DNA from: Histomonas meleagridis 2922-C6/04-290x | Lineage: Eukaryota > Protista > Parabasalia | DNA length: 61,905 bases | Assembly: GCA_020184695.1 (NCBI GenBank) | Contig: JAANOX010000197.1 | Span: forward strand, 1 to 61,905 | Direction: 5' to 3' | In this document: positions 20,150 through 31,697 of the stretch, piece after piece | How the letters are laid out: the number at the start of each line of letters is the position of its first letter | Position numbering within the stretch: the first letter of the stretch is position 1 | Position numbers and translations under genes: made by a program | Notes under the pieces: model-generated | Seen by the model: the letters and a program-made list of their open reading frames with translations, nothing else | Told to the model about the DNA's origin: nothing | Databases searched by the model: none

Positions 20150-21823
20150 ATGTGTTCTCTCTTTCTGGTTTTACCCATGTGTTTCTTTTGCAAATTACAA
20201 ACCTCTTCAAAAAATTCAGGTTCAAAGATTTTTAGTGATCAATTATCTATTTCTCAAACTCTCAAACATTCCCCTTATTTCACTTTAGAATCCAAAGGGC
20301 ATACATATTTACCATTCTCAGCCCATAACAAGGAGTGTGTATCCATTAAATTCACAAAATTTATTATGCTAAAAATGAATGAATTGAATACATTAAATAT
20401 CATCACTGAAGAATATCATCATCATTCTTCTTTATTAAAGTTACCGATATCATATGTTAAGCATTATTTCAAATTCTTTTCTTTTACATTTAATCATTTT
20501 TCATTAAAAGCTCATTTACCAATTTCAATGAAAAATAATTTCATGAAGAAAATGTTCAAATTCAATGAAAATGCTCAAGTTCTAATGTATAACTTTTTTG
20601 TTTTGGGATTTTTTTTATTTTGTGAAATCAGATTTTTAATGAAAAAATTGAAAGCAAAAGATAAGAAAAAAAGTGAAAATATATTAATTTTTGTTATGTT
20701 TTTCATGAGTTCTTATCAAATATATCATGAAGATAATTTAACACTTACAATCATAAATTTAAATGAATTTAATGAAATTTCTCAATATCAAAACATAACA
20801 AAATATATAATTATCAGTGAAAATATTTATTCAATTCCAAGTAATGCATTTTCAGGATGGGCTTCAGTTATTTCAGTCGATTTTGGTAATTCAGTATCAA
20901 ATATTGGAAGTTATGTGTTTATGTCATGTTTTAATTTAGAAACGATTATAAATGGAGAAAATGTTACAACAATTGGTGGTGGAGCATTTTCAATGTGTTC
21001 ATCGATCAAAAACATTACAATTCCAAATTCAGTCACAACAATTGGTGGTTCATCATTTTCATTATGTTCTAATTTAAGGATATTAACACTTGGATATGGA
21101 ATAAGAAAAATTGAAGGTTCGGCATTTGGGAATTGTTATAATCTTGAATGCATTTATTATTATGGATATTCAGAACCAGAAATTGGTGAAAGTGCATTTT
21201 ATAATGTATCAACAAGTGTTATCACATATCCAACATATGTAGGAAGTAAATTTGGAAGTTTATATGTTGCCAAAGACAACACAGAAGGAAGATGCGAACC
21301 ACTTCCAACACATTCATTTAGTCAATCGAATACATTTACTGCATCACTTCAAAGTGATATTTCATTTTCATTAACATTTTCATACACATTAACAATTACA
21401 TTATCAATTACACATTCATTAACTATTTATGAAACAAAAACGAAAACATTTTCATTATATATAAATCATTCGACATTTTCATATATTGAAACAGAATTTA
21501 TTTATTACAATTACACGATTGTTATTTATTCGACTTATTATAATTATTATTCCAATTTCTTTACAATGTTTTACACTTCCGATGAAAATTCGCCAAATGG
21601 AATTACGACGAATGCTTTGATTGGAATTATTTGCGGCTCATTTGCATTTGTTTTGATCATTGTTGGAATTGTTATATTTTTAGTGAAAAGTAATAATAAG
21701 AAAGAAAAATCGAAATCAAAGTTACAATTCAAGGACACGACGACATCAAGTACAAAGCAAATTGAAGAAGTAAATAGTTTAGTTGAAGATATTGTGAAAG
21801 AAGATGAAGACAATTGGCTATGA
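20150..21823 (+). CDS. BspA-like LRR type-I membrane protein (possible alternative start ATG 20697)
   Basis: TpLRR units, S/T/Y-rich stalk, TM (LIGIICGSFAFVLIIVGIVIFLV) and acidic tail ending EDEDNWL. Confidence 0.85.
   Translation: MCSLFLVLPMCFFCKLQTSSKNSGSKIFSDQLSISQTLKHSPYFTLESKGHTYLPFSAHNKECVSIKFTKFIMLKMNELNTLNIITEEYHHHSSLLKLPISYVKHYFKFFSFTFNHFSLKAHLPISMKNNFMKKMFKFNENAQVLMYNFFVLGFFLFCEIRFLMKKLKAKDKKKSENILIFVMFFMSSYQIYHEDNLTLTIINLNEFNEISQYQNITKYIIISENIYSIPSNAFSGWASVISVDFGNSVSNIGSYVFMSCFNLETIINGENVTTIGGGAFSMCSSIKNITIPNSVTTIGGSSFSLCSNLRILTLGYGIRKIEGSAFGNCYNLECIYYYGYSEPEIGESAFYNVSTSVITYPTYVGSKFGSLYVAKDNTEGRCEPLPTHSFSQSNTFTASLQSDISFSLTFSYTLTITLSITHSLTIYETKTKTFSLYINHSTFSYIETEFIYYNYTIVIYSTYYNYYSNFFTMFYTSDENSPNGITTNALIGIICGSFAFVLIIVGIVIFLVKSNNKKEKSKSKLQFKDTTTSSTKQIEEVNSLVEDIVKEDEDNWL
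20648..21337 (+). repeat. 690-bp segment ~99% identical to 23150-23839
   Basis: Read side by side, about 6 substitutions; the flanks are dissimilar upstream and much more diverged downstream. Confidence 0.9.
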
Positions 21824-22555
21824 ATAAAATGTGTAATAATGAAAATTTTTAATTTAATTTTTATATAAAATTATTTTGTTGTTACATAAATTAAATGAAA
21901 TCATATTAACGATAATATCATTTTGACTTAAAAATGTTTTAAATTATTTTATTTAAATATGAAATTTTGAATTTTATGATGTTTAACTCGTATCACTGAC
22001 TTTATATATAATAAGGTAAATAATGTTGAACAACGATTAATAATTTCGAATCATGATTGTAAATACATTAAATGTTAGCTTTTGAATGAAATTGGATAAA
22101 CTTTACTTAAATTCATTATTATCAAAATCGAAAAATATTTTATAAATTAAAGATACAATGTAATTGATTTCGCACATAAAGAACTCCTTATATTTTGTAT
22201 ATTTCATATAAAATCATAAATATTCAAACAAGAAATAGCTGAATTACCAATGTTTTAAAAAAGTATTAATTTTATGATGATAGAAACATCTTAGATAGAT
22301 GAACGGCACACCAAATTAAAGCATAAATTCCGTTCTATAACATATATTCATTATGTTATTTAAAAGTGTATTTATAATGTTTTAAGGCTGTTTCTTTGAT
22401 TGTTGTATTAAAAGATCGATATAAATCTTTCAAAATTGGTTTGAAAAACGACAATAAAACAACAGGTTTTTAAAAGTTTAACCGTGAGATTTTAAACTTT
22501 TGAGATAGCCGATGTATAATTGGTGAAGGTCTATATATATATTACAAGTTGAAAA

Positions 22556-24664
22556 ATGAGGATCTTTCTTTTATTCAGCATTTTGATCATGATGAAACGA
22601 TTTATAACCGATACAAAGCTTATTACACCTTATGTTGTTCAAAAAGAAATATTACAAATACAAAACCACGAAAACAAGAAAAGTATGACTTACAAATGTG
22701 ATGAGGATGTATCAATTAATGAAATTATGAACAAAAAATTTAAAAGATTTAACAATAATTATAAAGTTTTGTTTATCAATGAATTACTTTTAAATTTGTT
22801 ACCAAATAATGAATCTACAATAGTTGTACATCAGAATTTTAATAACAAACAGGAAATTCCAAGAACATATTTTTCAAACATTTTGGAAAAATACTTTGAA
22901 ATTGATATATTTGTCAAAAATGGTATCTTTGATAAAACATACAACAAATCTTATGAAGATGTATATCCTATAAAACGTGAATTTTCACATTTTTTGATGA
23001 TGCGAAACTACAACGAAGAAGGACCAAACATTTTGAATGTTTTACTTCACTTAACCATCATTTTTTCAATTACATTTCCGGTTATTTATATCAAATTTTA
23101 TCAGAAAAACACAATTTCAGTTCAGAAAATATTGACGACCAAATATACATTGAAAGTAAAAGATAAGAAAAAAAGTGAAAATATATTAATTTTTGTTATG
23201 TTTTTCATGAGTTCTTATCAAATATATCATGAAGATAATTTAACACTTACAATCATAAATTTAAATGAATTTAATGAAATTTCTCAATATCAAAACATAA
23301 CAAAATATATAATTATCAGTGAAAATATTTATTCAATTCCAAGTAATGCATTTTCAGGATGGGCTTCAATTGTTTCAGTCGATTTTGGTAATTCAGTATC
23401 AAATATTGGAAGTTATGTGTTTATGTCATGTTTTAATTTAGAAACGATTATAAATGGAGAAAATGTTACAACAATTGGTGGTGGAGCATTTTCAATGTGT
23501 TCATCGATCAAAAACATTACAATTCCAAATTCAGTCACAACAATTGGTGGTTCATCATTTTCATTATGTTCTAATTTAAGGATATTAACACTTGGATATG
23601 GAATAAGAAAAATTGAAGGTTCGGCATTTGGGAATTGTTATAATCTTGAATGCATTTATTATTATGGATATTCAGAACCAGAAATTGGTGAAAGTGCATT
23701 TTATAATGTATCAACAAGTGTTATCACATATGCAACATATGTAGGGAGTAAATTTGGAAGTTTATATGTTGCCAAAGACAACACAGAAGGAAGATGCGAA
23801 CCACTTCCAACACATTCATTTAGTCAGTCGAATACATTTGGTGTAAGTAATACGTATTCTATTCCAAACACATATTTTGAATCATGTACATATTCACAAT
23901 TAAGTACATTTGGTGTAAGTAATACGTATTCTATTTCAAACACATATTTTGAATCATGTACATATTCACAATTAAGTACATTTGGTGTAAGTAATACGTA
24001 TTCTATTCCAAACACATATTTTGAATCATGTACATATTCACAATTAAGTACATTTGGTGTAAGTAATACGTATTCTATTTCAAACACATATTTTGAATCA
24101 TGTATATATTCACAATTAAGTACATTCAGTCGAAGTTACACATTTTCTAAATCAAATACATTTATAGAATCATTACTTCAAAATGATTTAACACAATCTT
24201 TTTCATATTTATTAACAATTACATTGTCAATTACACATTCATTTACTTATTGTGAAACACAAACGAAAACAATTTTATTAATTTCAAGTGATTCAATGCA
24301 TATTCATATCGAAACAGAATATATTTATTACGATTACACAGTTATTGTTTATTCGACATATTATAATTATTATTCGAATTTCTTCACATTTGTTAATAGA
24401 AATGAAATTCATTCAAATGATAATAAAACAATAATTATCATAATAATCGTTTGTGTTATTATTATTATTATAATTTCATTACTTATTATATTATTGATTC
24501 GAATTAAAAATAAAAAAGAAGAAATTGACGAAAATGAAATATCAGAGCAAAAAAATGATAACCAAACAACAAACACATTCACAACAGGAATGTCTATACC
24601 AAATATTGAAGAAGATCCTTTTGCTGATGATTTTAAAGAAGATAAATTCATTGAACAAATATAA
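22556..24664 (+). CDS. BspA-like LRR type-I membrane protein (possible alternative start ATG 23199)
   Basis: Same LRR cassette as the upstream gene, tandem-repeat stalk, TM (IIIIIIVCVIIIIIISLLIILLI) and a cytosolic tail with DPF and an acidic cluster. Confidence 0.85.
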   Translation: MRIFLLFSILIMMKRFITDTKLITPYVVQKEILQIQNHENKKSMTYKCDEDVSINEIMNKKFKRFNNNYKVLFINELLLNLLPNNESTIVVHQNFNNKQEIPRTYFSNILEKYFEIDIFVKNGIFDKTYNKSYEDVYPIKREFSHFLMMRNYNEEGPNILNVLLHLTIIFSITFPVIYIKFYQKNTISVQKILTTKYTLKVKDKKKSENILIFVMFFMSSYQIYHEDNLTLTIINLNEFNEISQYQNITKYIIISENIYSIPSNAFSGWASIVSVDFGNSVSNIGSYVFMSCFNLETIINGENVTTIGGGAFSMCSSIKNITIPNSVTTIGGSSFSLCSNLRILTLGYGIRKIEGSAFGNCYNLECIYYYGYSEPEIGESAFYNVSTSVITYATYVGSKFGSLYVAKDNTEGRCEPLPTHSFSQSNTFGVSNTYSIPNTYFESCTYSQLSTFGVSNTYSISNTYFESCTYSQLSTFGVSNTYSIPNTYFESCTYSQLSTFGVSNTYSISNTYFESCIYSQLSTFSRSYTFSKSNTFIESLLQNDLTQSFSYLLTITLSITHSFTYCETQTKTILLISSDSMHIHIETEYIYYDYTVIVYSTYYNYYSNFFTFVNRNEIHSNDNKTIIIIIIVCVIIIIIISLLIILLIRIKNKKEEIDENEISEQKNDNQTTNTFTTGMSIPNIEEDPFADDFKEDKFIEQI
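23834..24121 (+). repeat. 4 x 72-bp coding tandem repeat (STFGVSNTYSI[P/S]NTYFESCTYSQL)
   Basis: Four near-identical units alternating Pro/Ser. Confidence 0.9.
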
Positions 24665-25236
24665 TTTTGAAAAATATATAATAAAATATCGTATAATCTG
24701 GATGAGAATCATTTTTTTTTTAGCATCGTACTCTTTATTTTTTGTTTCATATTTTTTAATAATTTTAATTTTATGAATTTAAATAGTTTATGAAATACAA
24801 ATGTATATGTGATGAAATATAAATATCTTAAATAACTTTGGCTTAAAGTGAAAATGTATTTGGATATATAAATGTTGCTAATGATTTGCATTCGTTCGTT
24901 GATCTTGTTGTATTGTTGTTTTTGGTTTTCATAATCATCTATTAAGTCATTAAGTTTTAATCGAAGAAAAATTAATTATAACATGATTAAATTATATTCG
25001 TATTTAATAAGTATTTTAAATTCATCTTATTGAAGCAGTTGTAAATCCTAAAGAATATTGTTAAAAAACGATGTTTATTTAACAAAACAATTCTTTATCA
25101 TGAATGTACCTATAATTCATTATTAATTCTATGAGTTAAATAAAATGAAAATGCATTGCTTAAGAAAGAAAATGTAAATCATAAAATGTTTAGAAAAGTT
25201 TATTTAATCTATTTTTCATTCATGTTTTCGTTTTAT

Positions 25237-26244
25237 TTAGCACGCAAAATTACTAACGAGTAAACGAAGTTGTTCAAAATTCAAAGGTGTAATCTGTATT
25301 AAGTCGTTTTCCGATTCAGCTACAGTAGAACATGGCGGCTGTTCCCCATATCTGAAGACTCTTCTCCAAGAGTTTAAATCCATTACAAATCCTAAAAGAT
25401 CCATCATTGGTGTTTTGATTGGTTCATTTGTCATCGGATCAATTGCACCACATAACGGACAACGGTCAAGCTGCGTGTTTTTTGGTGGTTTTGGTTGTTT
25501 TTCTTCTTTATCATCGCTATCAAGTTCACCACGATTTGGATCATACTTCTTTTCTGATAAGTTTTTGCGCCGTTTCCCAAAGAGATGTGAAAGGCTATTC
25601 ACTGTAGGACTGCCTGATTGCCGTGACGTATTTGTTCGAAATTGAGTTTGCTTAAATCGAGTTGGCTGACTAGAATCTATTTGGATTGGGGCAGAAACAA
25701 CGGGGATGCTCCCGTCTTCGCTTGAAATGGATTGTTTAATAAACTCAAATGCTTCGTTTTCAAGAATACGAATTGATTCTGGTGGAGCTGGTGCAGTGCT
25801 ACCACGACTAAAATGAAGCTTACCATCAGATTCTGTGGAATAGCGACTGTCTTTAATTTTACCATCGCGAATAAGTTGTCGATAAAAATTACTACATTGA
25901 TAACCAAGACGCCCGCGAAGTGGAACTGAAAAGAGGCCCCAAAGGCCGTCCTCAATTTTGAGTGTTTGCCGAAAATATTTTAATCGTTCAATAAATTGTT
26001 TTTCTTCTTCGGGAGTAAAACGACCATACTTTTGGGGATCGCCTGGTGGGCGGTTTCGATAAAAAAAGGAATTTGGATTTTTGATAATTTGTTTAAATGA
26101 CTCTCGACGAATAGGACTCCAACCACTCCAAATTTCTTGTGAAACATATAAACGAAGTTTCTCAGGAAGAATGTCATTGTCCCCTACATCAGAACCACTG
26201 AGTTGCTTGAGAACTTCTTTCTTTGCTTCTTTTGTTTCGCTCAT
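25237..26244 (-). CDS. Hypothetical protein with Myb/SANT-like central domain and U-box-like C-terminus
   Basis: GRFTPEEEKQF...LWGLFS..GRLGYQCSNFY; C-terminal IDPMTNEPIKTPM..GFVMD..SW. Confidence 0.5.
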   Translation of the reverse strand: MSETKEAKKEVLKQLSGSDVGDNDILPEKLRLYVSQEIWSGWSPIRRESFKQIIKNPNSFFYRNRPPGDPQKYGRFTPEEEKQFIERLKYFRQTLKIEDGLWGLFSVPLRGRLGYQCSNFYRQLIRDGKIKDSRYSTESDGKLHFSRGSTAPAPPESIRILENEAFEFIKQSISSEDGSIPVVSAPIQIDSSQPTRFKQTQFRTNTSRQSGSPTVNSLSHLFGKRRKNLSEKKYDPNRGELDSDDKEEKQPKPPKNTQLDRCPLCGAIDPMTNEPIKTPMMDLLGFVMDLNSWRRVFRYGEQPPCSTVAESENDLIQITPLNFEQLRLLVSNFAC

Positions 26245-26693
26245 GCGCTTTTGTTGTTGATATTTAATACGTTAAGCCTTTCTTTCAATTGAAACCGTTA
26301 TTCCGTTTACAATTTATTGATAAAAATATTTTTTGCTATTATTTTTTGTGAAAAATGCAAAAATGTCAGGTTAAATGCTTTACAGCTTGTTTTGCAACAC
26401 CTGTTTTAAATGCTATTTAAAAAGTTACGACTCTTTTTTTTTTTTTACAGCCAAATGCTTAGTAAGAGCCTAGACAAATTTAGAATCGGAATTTAGTTGA
26501 AATTAAAATTTGCTTAACAAAAAAAATATTGTGATAATATAATAAGGATTACTTGAATTTATATACAATAATTCGTGTAATTGATCTTCTTGGTACCTTT
26601 CTACAATCGTGATGGAATGAAGTGAGTTCACGCATGAAAACAAAGGGTAAAATAATGGCAAAAAGGGTAAATTCCAAAGACCAGAAGCATACA

Positions 26694-27176
26694 ATGCCAC
26701 CGAAGAAGTCTGCATCGAAACAAATTACTCCATGCCAAATTAGACTCCAAAGAGATCTCGATGAGCTTCCTGAATGTGGTGATGTTGAAATTTCTTTTCC
26801 TGAACCTGGAAATATCCAACATTTTATTCTTCGAATTGTTGTACAACAGGGATTATATAAGAATCATAAGTTCGATTTCGAGTTCATAATACCTGACGAA
26901 TGGCCAATTGAACGACCAAAAGTAAAAATTCTTACAAGAACATGGCATCCAAATCTTTCAGAACCACCAGAAGGAGGTGTTTGTATAAGTATCCTCCGTA
27001 AAAACTACAGTCCAATCACTACAATTAATGCTTTCGTTGCATCATTTCAATACTTATTTAATCAGCCAAATCCAAAAGATCCTTTGAACATTGAAGCTGC
27101 TACACAGTACATACAAAATTTCCCTGCTTTCAAAAACAAAGCTGAAGAGTACATGGAAAAATATTGTCCGAAGTAA
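26694..27176 (+). CDS. E2 conjugating enzyme, Ubc12 (NEDD8 E2)-like
   Basis: RLQRDLDEL, WHPNL...GGVCISIL (active-site Cys) and PNPKDPLN; likely ATG at 26694. Confidence 0.85.
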   Translation: MPPKKSASKQITPCQIRLQRDLDELPECGDVEISFPEPGNIQHFILRIVVQQGLYKNHKFDFEFIIPDEWPIERPKVKILTRTWHPNLSEPPEGGVCISILRKNYSPITTINAFVASFQYLFNQPNPKDPLNIEAATQYIQNFPAFKNKAEEYMEKYCPK

Positions 27177-27556
27177 TTTAATAATTTTTATCGTAATTTT
27201 ACTCAAAAAGTCACAGAAAACTACATTAAACGTTCCTTCACCAACCGTTGTTTTTTATGTATTATTGAATGGTTTATCTTTTATTTGATGTTTCATTGCT
27301 TTGAATGTAAGTGGTTTTTAGTCTATATTTTCATAAGAATCACAAATACAAAAAACCATTTGATTGGTGGTGACTAATGTTCAATTTCTTAATGCGTAAT
27401 TTTTCGAAATCTTCTTTTTCAAAATAATTCGAATTTTTGCTGTAAGATCAAAAATGATTCAAAAAGTTATTTTAAAATGCTGGGAACTTTAACGTTCACC
27501 TTAGTATATTCAAAAAGTTTCAAATACCTCTTGCAACAATTGCCGAAATTAAAATA

Positions 27557-29107
27557 ATGTCTCTGTTTGTACACGAACCCCTTTTTCAGAATAAAGTTGC
27601 TAACACTATACTACCACCAAAAGCGATCAAGTACATCCAAGACGGAGACTATGATGTAGCTGCTGAAACAATACTAAAACAAAAATTATCATTCAAACAC
27701 GTTATTAAAATTATTTACAATTGCCCTAGAATGCTCATGGCATACTTGTACAAGAGTGCTTATTTTTTAAGTTTATCTCATAGTTCACAACAAATTGTTT
27801 GTCATCTTTACCTCCAAGTAGCTATATTTGAATTAAAACTAATGGAAAAAAAAGAAAAGAAAAATGAGATTGAAAGGATTACAAGATTTATTACAGAATT
27901 CAAACAATATCTTAATCAAAAGATTGTTATGAAATATATTCTCCATTCTGGTGAACTCACCCTACTTCACCCTGCCTGTATTGCTTTTGGTGACTTTGGC
28001 ACTCTTGTTTCATATTTTCTTCTTATCAAAGATCCATCTGCCGAAAATTTGAGAACATATGTTGCAAACGTCAATGAGCTCATGCAGCGCCAAGCTTACC
28101 TTCGTATTCTTAACCTAAACACAGTTTGTCTTCAAGAAATGCTTACAAGCCAACAACCTAAAATGTCAATTATATTTGATACTCTTGTTGAATTATCACT
28201 TACCTGCACTAGCCTACCAAAAAACCTTCAAGATGCCACACTTTCAGCATATGAATCATTCTTTGAACAAGGACTATTTACCCAACCTTGTCAAATCTTA
28301 TTATATTTCATTCTTCTTGCTGTCTTAAAACAAGAGAAGAAGATTATTTCTCTCTTCGACGATCCTGCATTCAAGTCACTCGACAAAGACTACTTTGTAG
28401 CGTTTTTAATTCGTCATGGAATGTATTCACTCTCATCAAAAGTCTTTGCAAGGTGTCATAACCGCCATAACCTCTCAATAAACTATTCAATCAAGGATTC
28501 AATGGCGAGCACCATTGCGCTTCTTGATGGTCCGCTTAGCACGGCGCATGATTCCAAGCAATGTTGGCTTCAAGCGCTCCGCTTATGTGGTGATCCCACA
28601 AAAGCGCCTAGTGATTGTGATTTTGATGCATTAATATCAGCAGCAAGCAAATCTAAAAAGCTCACGTTAAATGATATCTTTCCACTTATACCATCTAACG
28701 TTGATCTTAATTCACTCCAGCATATCATTGCTGACGCTGTTCAAGAATCTTCAAATGAGATTAAAAACATCGAAGATACGCGAACACTCATCGAAAAGAG
28801 AATCGATGAACAAAGAAATATCATTTCGTCGCCTGTATTGACTCCATTAGTTGTCGAGCCATCACAAGCAATTTGTTACATATGCGGAAAGCCTTCGTGC
28901 GACGCACAGTTCGAAGTGTTTCCGTGCGGACATTTGGTGCACACAAGTTGTTACCTCGCGTCGATGGGATACGCACAAGACGACATGGAACAAATCGGAA
29001 AGCTGAAGCAATCGTGCCCAGCGTGCGGAATGGCTGCGCTGGTAATATTGGGAATGCCCTTCGAGGGTGACAGAGATGAAGCTGAAAAGTGGAGTATGCC
29101 TGAGTAA
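27557..29107 (+). CDS. Vps18/Pep3-like alpha-solenoid + coiled coil + C-terminal RING-H2 protein
   Basis: CYICG...FPCGHLVHTSC...CPACG after a coiled coil; the N-terminal beta-propeller is absent. Confidence 0.55.
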   Translation: MSLFVHEPLFQNKVANTILPPKAIKYIQDGDYDVAAETILKQKLSFKHVIKIIYNCPRMLMAYLYKSAYFLSLSHSSQQIVCHLYLQVAIFELKLMEKKEKKNEIERITRFITEFKQYLNQKIVMKYILHSGELTLLHPACIAFGDFGTLVSYFLLIKDPSAENLRTYVANVNELMQRQAYLRILNLNTVCLQEMLTSQQPKMSIIFDTLVELSLTCTSLPKNLQDATLSAYESFFEQGLFTQPCQILLYFILLAVLKQEKKIISLFDDPAFKSLDKDYFVAFLIRHGMYSLSSKVFARCHNRHNLSINYSIKDSMASTIALLDGPLSTAHDSKQCWLQALRLCGDPTKAPSDCDFDALISAASKSKKLTLNDIFPLIPSNVDLNSLQHIIADAVQESSNEIKNIEDTRTLIEKRIDEQRNIISSPVLTPLVVEPSQAICYICGKPSCDAQFEVFPCGHLVHTSCYLASMGYAQDDMEQIGKLKQSCPACGMAALVILGMPFEGDRDEAEKWSMPE

Positions 29108-29699
29108 AAAGAATTGGAATTAACATTTTAGTAAAAAGATGAAAATAATTTATTGGCGCAGGAAATTTAATGTAATTAAAATAAAAAAAATGTCGATGCT
29201 GATATCCTTAGTGACTTTTTTATGAGCTTATATTATATTTATAAATTACATTGAAGGAAATTGATTATTTTCTTGAAAAACAAACGCAAAGAAATAATAA
29301 TATTAAATGAATATGAAAATTAATGGTAACTGCATTTTGTATATAAATTGTTGATAACAAGTAACTACATTTTTGCTTGATAATTTCATTCTTTGGCAAT
29401 TTTTTTTTTTTCAAAATTATAATTAGAGTAATTACTTAGAAGGAAATTTGTTTCATAGAGCAAAATGCTTTGATAGAAGGTTGAAATTGTCTAGGGTTGA
29501 ATGGAGAATAATATTTTTGTAAATCGCGAAGGATACCAAAAAAGTTTTGGATAAGCTATAGAATAGTTTATGCAAATGTGCAATGACCCATTTCAAACAA
29601 AAAATTGTTAGGGATTCCATCAAATTTCTTTTGTTTTTTCTGGTTTAAAGAAAATTGAATCCAATTGTTGATAAAACCGCTTGCCCTCAAATATCAACT

Positions 29700-31697
29700 A
29701 TGGGCGGATACATAGAGCAAGCAATAAATGCAATTATCAGACCGCCTAGACACGAATACAATCATGAAGAGCTTCCTTTAGTTCTTCAAGTAAGCGAAGT
29801 AAATTCAGTATTTCTACGGCACCCAGTCTCTTTCAAAAATTCTAGGGATATCAACATCATTGGTTCTATTTATCATGCAGCAGATTTTGACCCACTTCAT
29901 GGTGGACCATGCATTGTATATCTGCATGGGAATGCTTCTTCACAACTTGAAGGTCAATTTTTAGTACCCAACTTCTGTCCTCATGGTGTATTTGTGTTTT
30001 GTTTTGACTTTGCAGGGTGTGGTTGTAGCGAAGGTGAGTATGTTTCTCTTGGGTATTTTGAACAACAAGATACAGAATATCTTATTCAAATCTTACATTC
30101 AACTTTTCACATGGGTCCATTTATTCTTTGGGGTCGTTCTATGGGGGCAGCCACTGCTCTTTTGGTTGATCATCCACATGTCATTGCCAAAATTTCTGAT
30201 TCTTCATTTACGTCCATTATTGATATGTGCACTGCCATAGCATCTTCTTTAGGTATTCCCAATTTTGTCATACCTTCTGTTCTCTGGTATCTCAAAAAAG
30301 CAGTTTATTCACGTGCAGGTTTTCATCTTGAAGATGTTTCACCGCTTACATCGAGACATGAATTTTTTGTTCCAGTTATATTTGGGCATGCGCAAATGGA
30401 TAAATTTATACCATTTGAACAATGCAAACGTCTTTATGAACTATATCCATCTACAGAGAAACATCTAATGGAGTTACCTGGCGGACATAATAGTGTACGT
30501 AAAGAGACGTGGATATCATACGGAGTATTATTTGCACTTAAATGTTTCGGTGTCAATACGACAAGTGTAAGAGTGACTGTGTGTAGGAAATTGCAAAGTT
30601 CAACTTTCCATTTTTCTTCATTTACGAATATGATGGGTGGCGATGATGTCGAGAATAAAGAATCGAAAAGTAAATTCGCTCAAGAAATACAAGAAGAGGC
30701 AGAGAAAATGATGAAAAGAAACGCTGAGAAATCGAAAAGAAAACATAAGGGAAAGCACCATCATAAGAACAAAAAGAAAGAGAAGAAACAAAAAAGAGAT
30801 AAAGCTTCAAGTAACGAAAATGCAAAAGATCAAGCACAAAATAATGAAAACGAAGCTCAAAATAATGAAAATGCAAATAATCAAATTCAAAATAATGAAA
30901 GAATAATACAAAATAATGAAAATAATCAAAGCAATGAAAATGAAGCTCAAAATAATGAAAATGCAAATAATCAAATTCAAAACAATGAAAGAATAACACA
31001 AAATATTGAAAATAATCTAAGCAATGAAAATGAAGCTCAGAATAATGAAAATAATCAAACGCAAAATAGCGAAAATACAACACAAAGTAATAAGAATTTA
31101 AGACAAAATAGTGAAATTTTAAATGATCAAGCACAAAGTCGAGAAAATACAACACAAAACAATGAAAACGAACAAATTACTGAAAATGAAGCTCAAAATA
31201 ACGAAAATTCAACACAAAATAGTGAAATCATAAATAATAACGAAAATGAAATACAAAACAGTGAAAACATAACACAAAGTAATGAAAATGAGCAAAACAA
31301 CGAAAATATGAATAATCAAATGCAAATCAATGAAAGTACAGTGCAAAATAGTGAAAATATAAATAATAATGAAAATGAAATACAAAGCAACGAAAGTTTA
31401 ACACAAAACAGTGGAGAAGTAGTGCACATTCATCAAATGCAAAATAATGAGATTGAACTTAATAACGAGAATACAAATATCCAAATACAAATTAACGAAA
31501 ACGAACAAATTACTGAAAATGAAGTCCAAAATAATGAAAGCACAACACAAATTAGTGAAAATAAATATAATAATGAAAATGTAAATAATCAAATACAAAA
31601 TAGTGAAAACGTAATACAAATTGATGAAAGTGAACATAATAATGAAACACAAAATTTGCAAAATGAAAATAATCATAACACGAACGAACATCCTTAA
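29700..31697 (+). CDS. Alpha/beta hydrolase (family S9-like) with long Asn/Glu/Gln-rich repetitive tail
   Basis: YLHGNAS, GRSMG nucleophile elbow, DKFIP and GGHN triad motifs; probable ATG at 29700 (MGGY...). Confidence 0.85.
   Translation: MGGYIEQAINAIIRPPRHEYNHEELPLVLQVSEVNSVFLRHPVSFKNSRDINIIGSIYHAADFDPLHGGPCIVYLHGNASSQLEGQFLVPNFCPHGVFVFCFDFAGCGCSEGEYVSLGYFEQQDTEYLIQILHSTFHMGPFILWGRSMGAATALLVDHPHVIAKISDSSFTSIIDMCTAIASSLGIPNFVIPSVLWYLKKAVYSRAGFHLEDVSPLTSRHEFFVPVIFGHAQMDKFIPFEQCKRLYELYPSTEKHLMELPGGHNSVRKETWISYGVLFALKCFGVNTTSVRVTVCRKLQSSTFHFSSFTNMMGGDDVENKESKSKFAQEIQEEAEKMMKRNAEKSKRKHKGKHHHKNKKKEKKQKRDKASSNENAKDQAQNNENEAQNNENANNQIQNNERIIQNNENNQSNENEAQNNENANNQIQNNERITQNIENNLSNENEAQNNENNQTQNSENTTQSNKNLRQNSEILNDQAQSRENTTQNNENEQITENEAQNNENSTQNSEIINNNENEIQNSENITQSNENEQNNENMNNQMQINESTVQNSENINNNENEIQSNESLTQNSGEVVHIHQMQNNEIELNNENTNIQIQINENEQITENEVQNNESTTQISENKYNNENVNNQIQNSENVIQIDESEHNNETQNLQNENNHNTNEHP

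Noticed and set aside
20648-23839. Diversity-generating retroelement template/variable repeat pair
   Set aside because: No reverse transcriptase nearby, and the ~6 differences are not adenine-specific in one direction.
30622-31691. Minus-strand hydrophobic ORFs
   Set aside because: Antisense shadows of the AAT/GAA-rich low-complexity tail.
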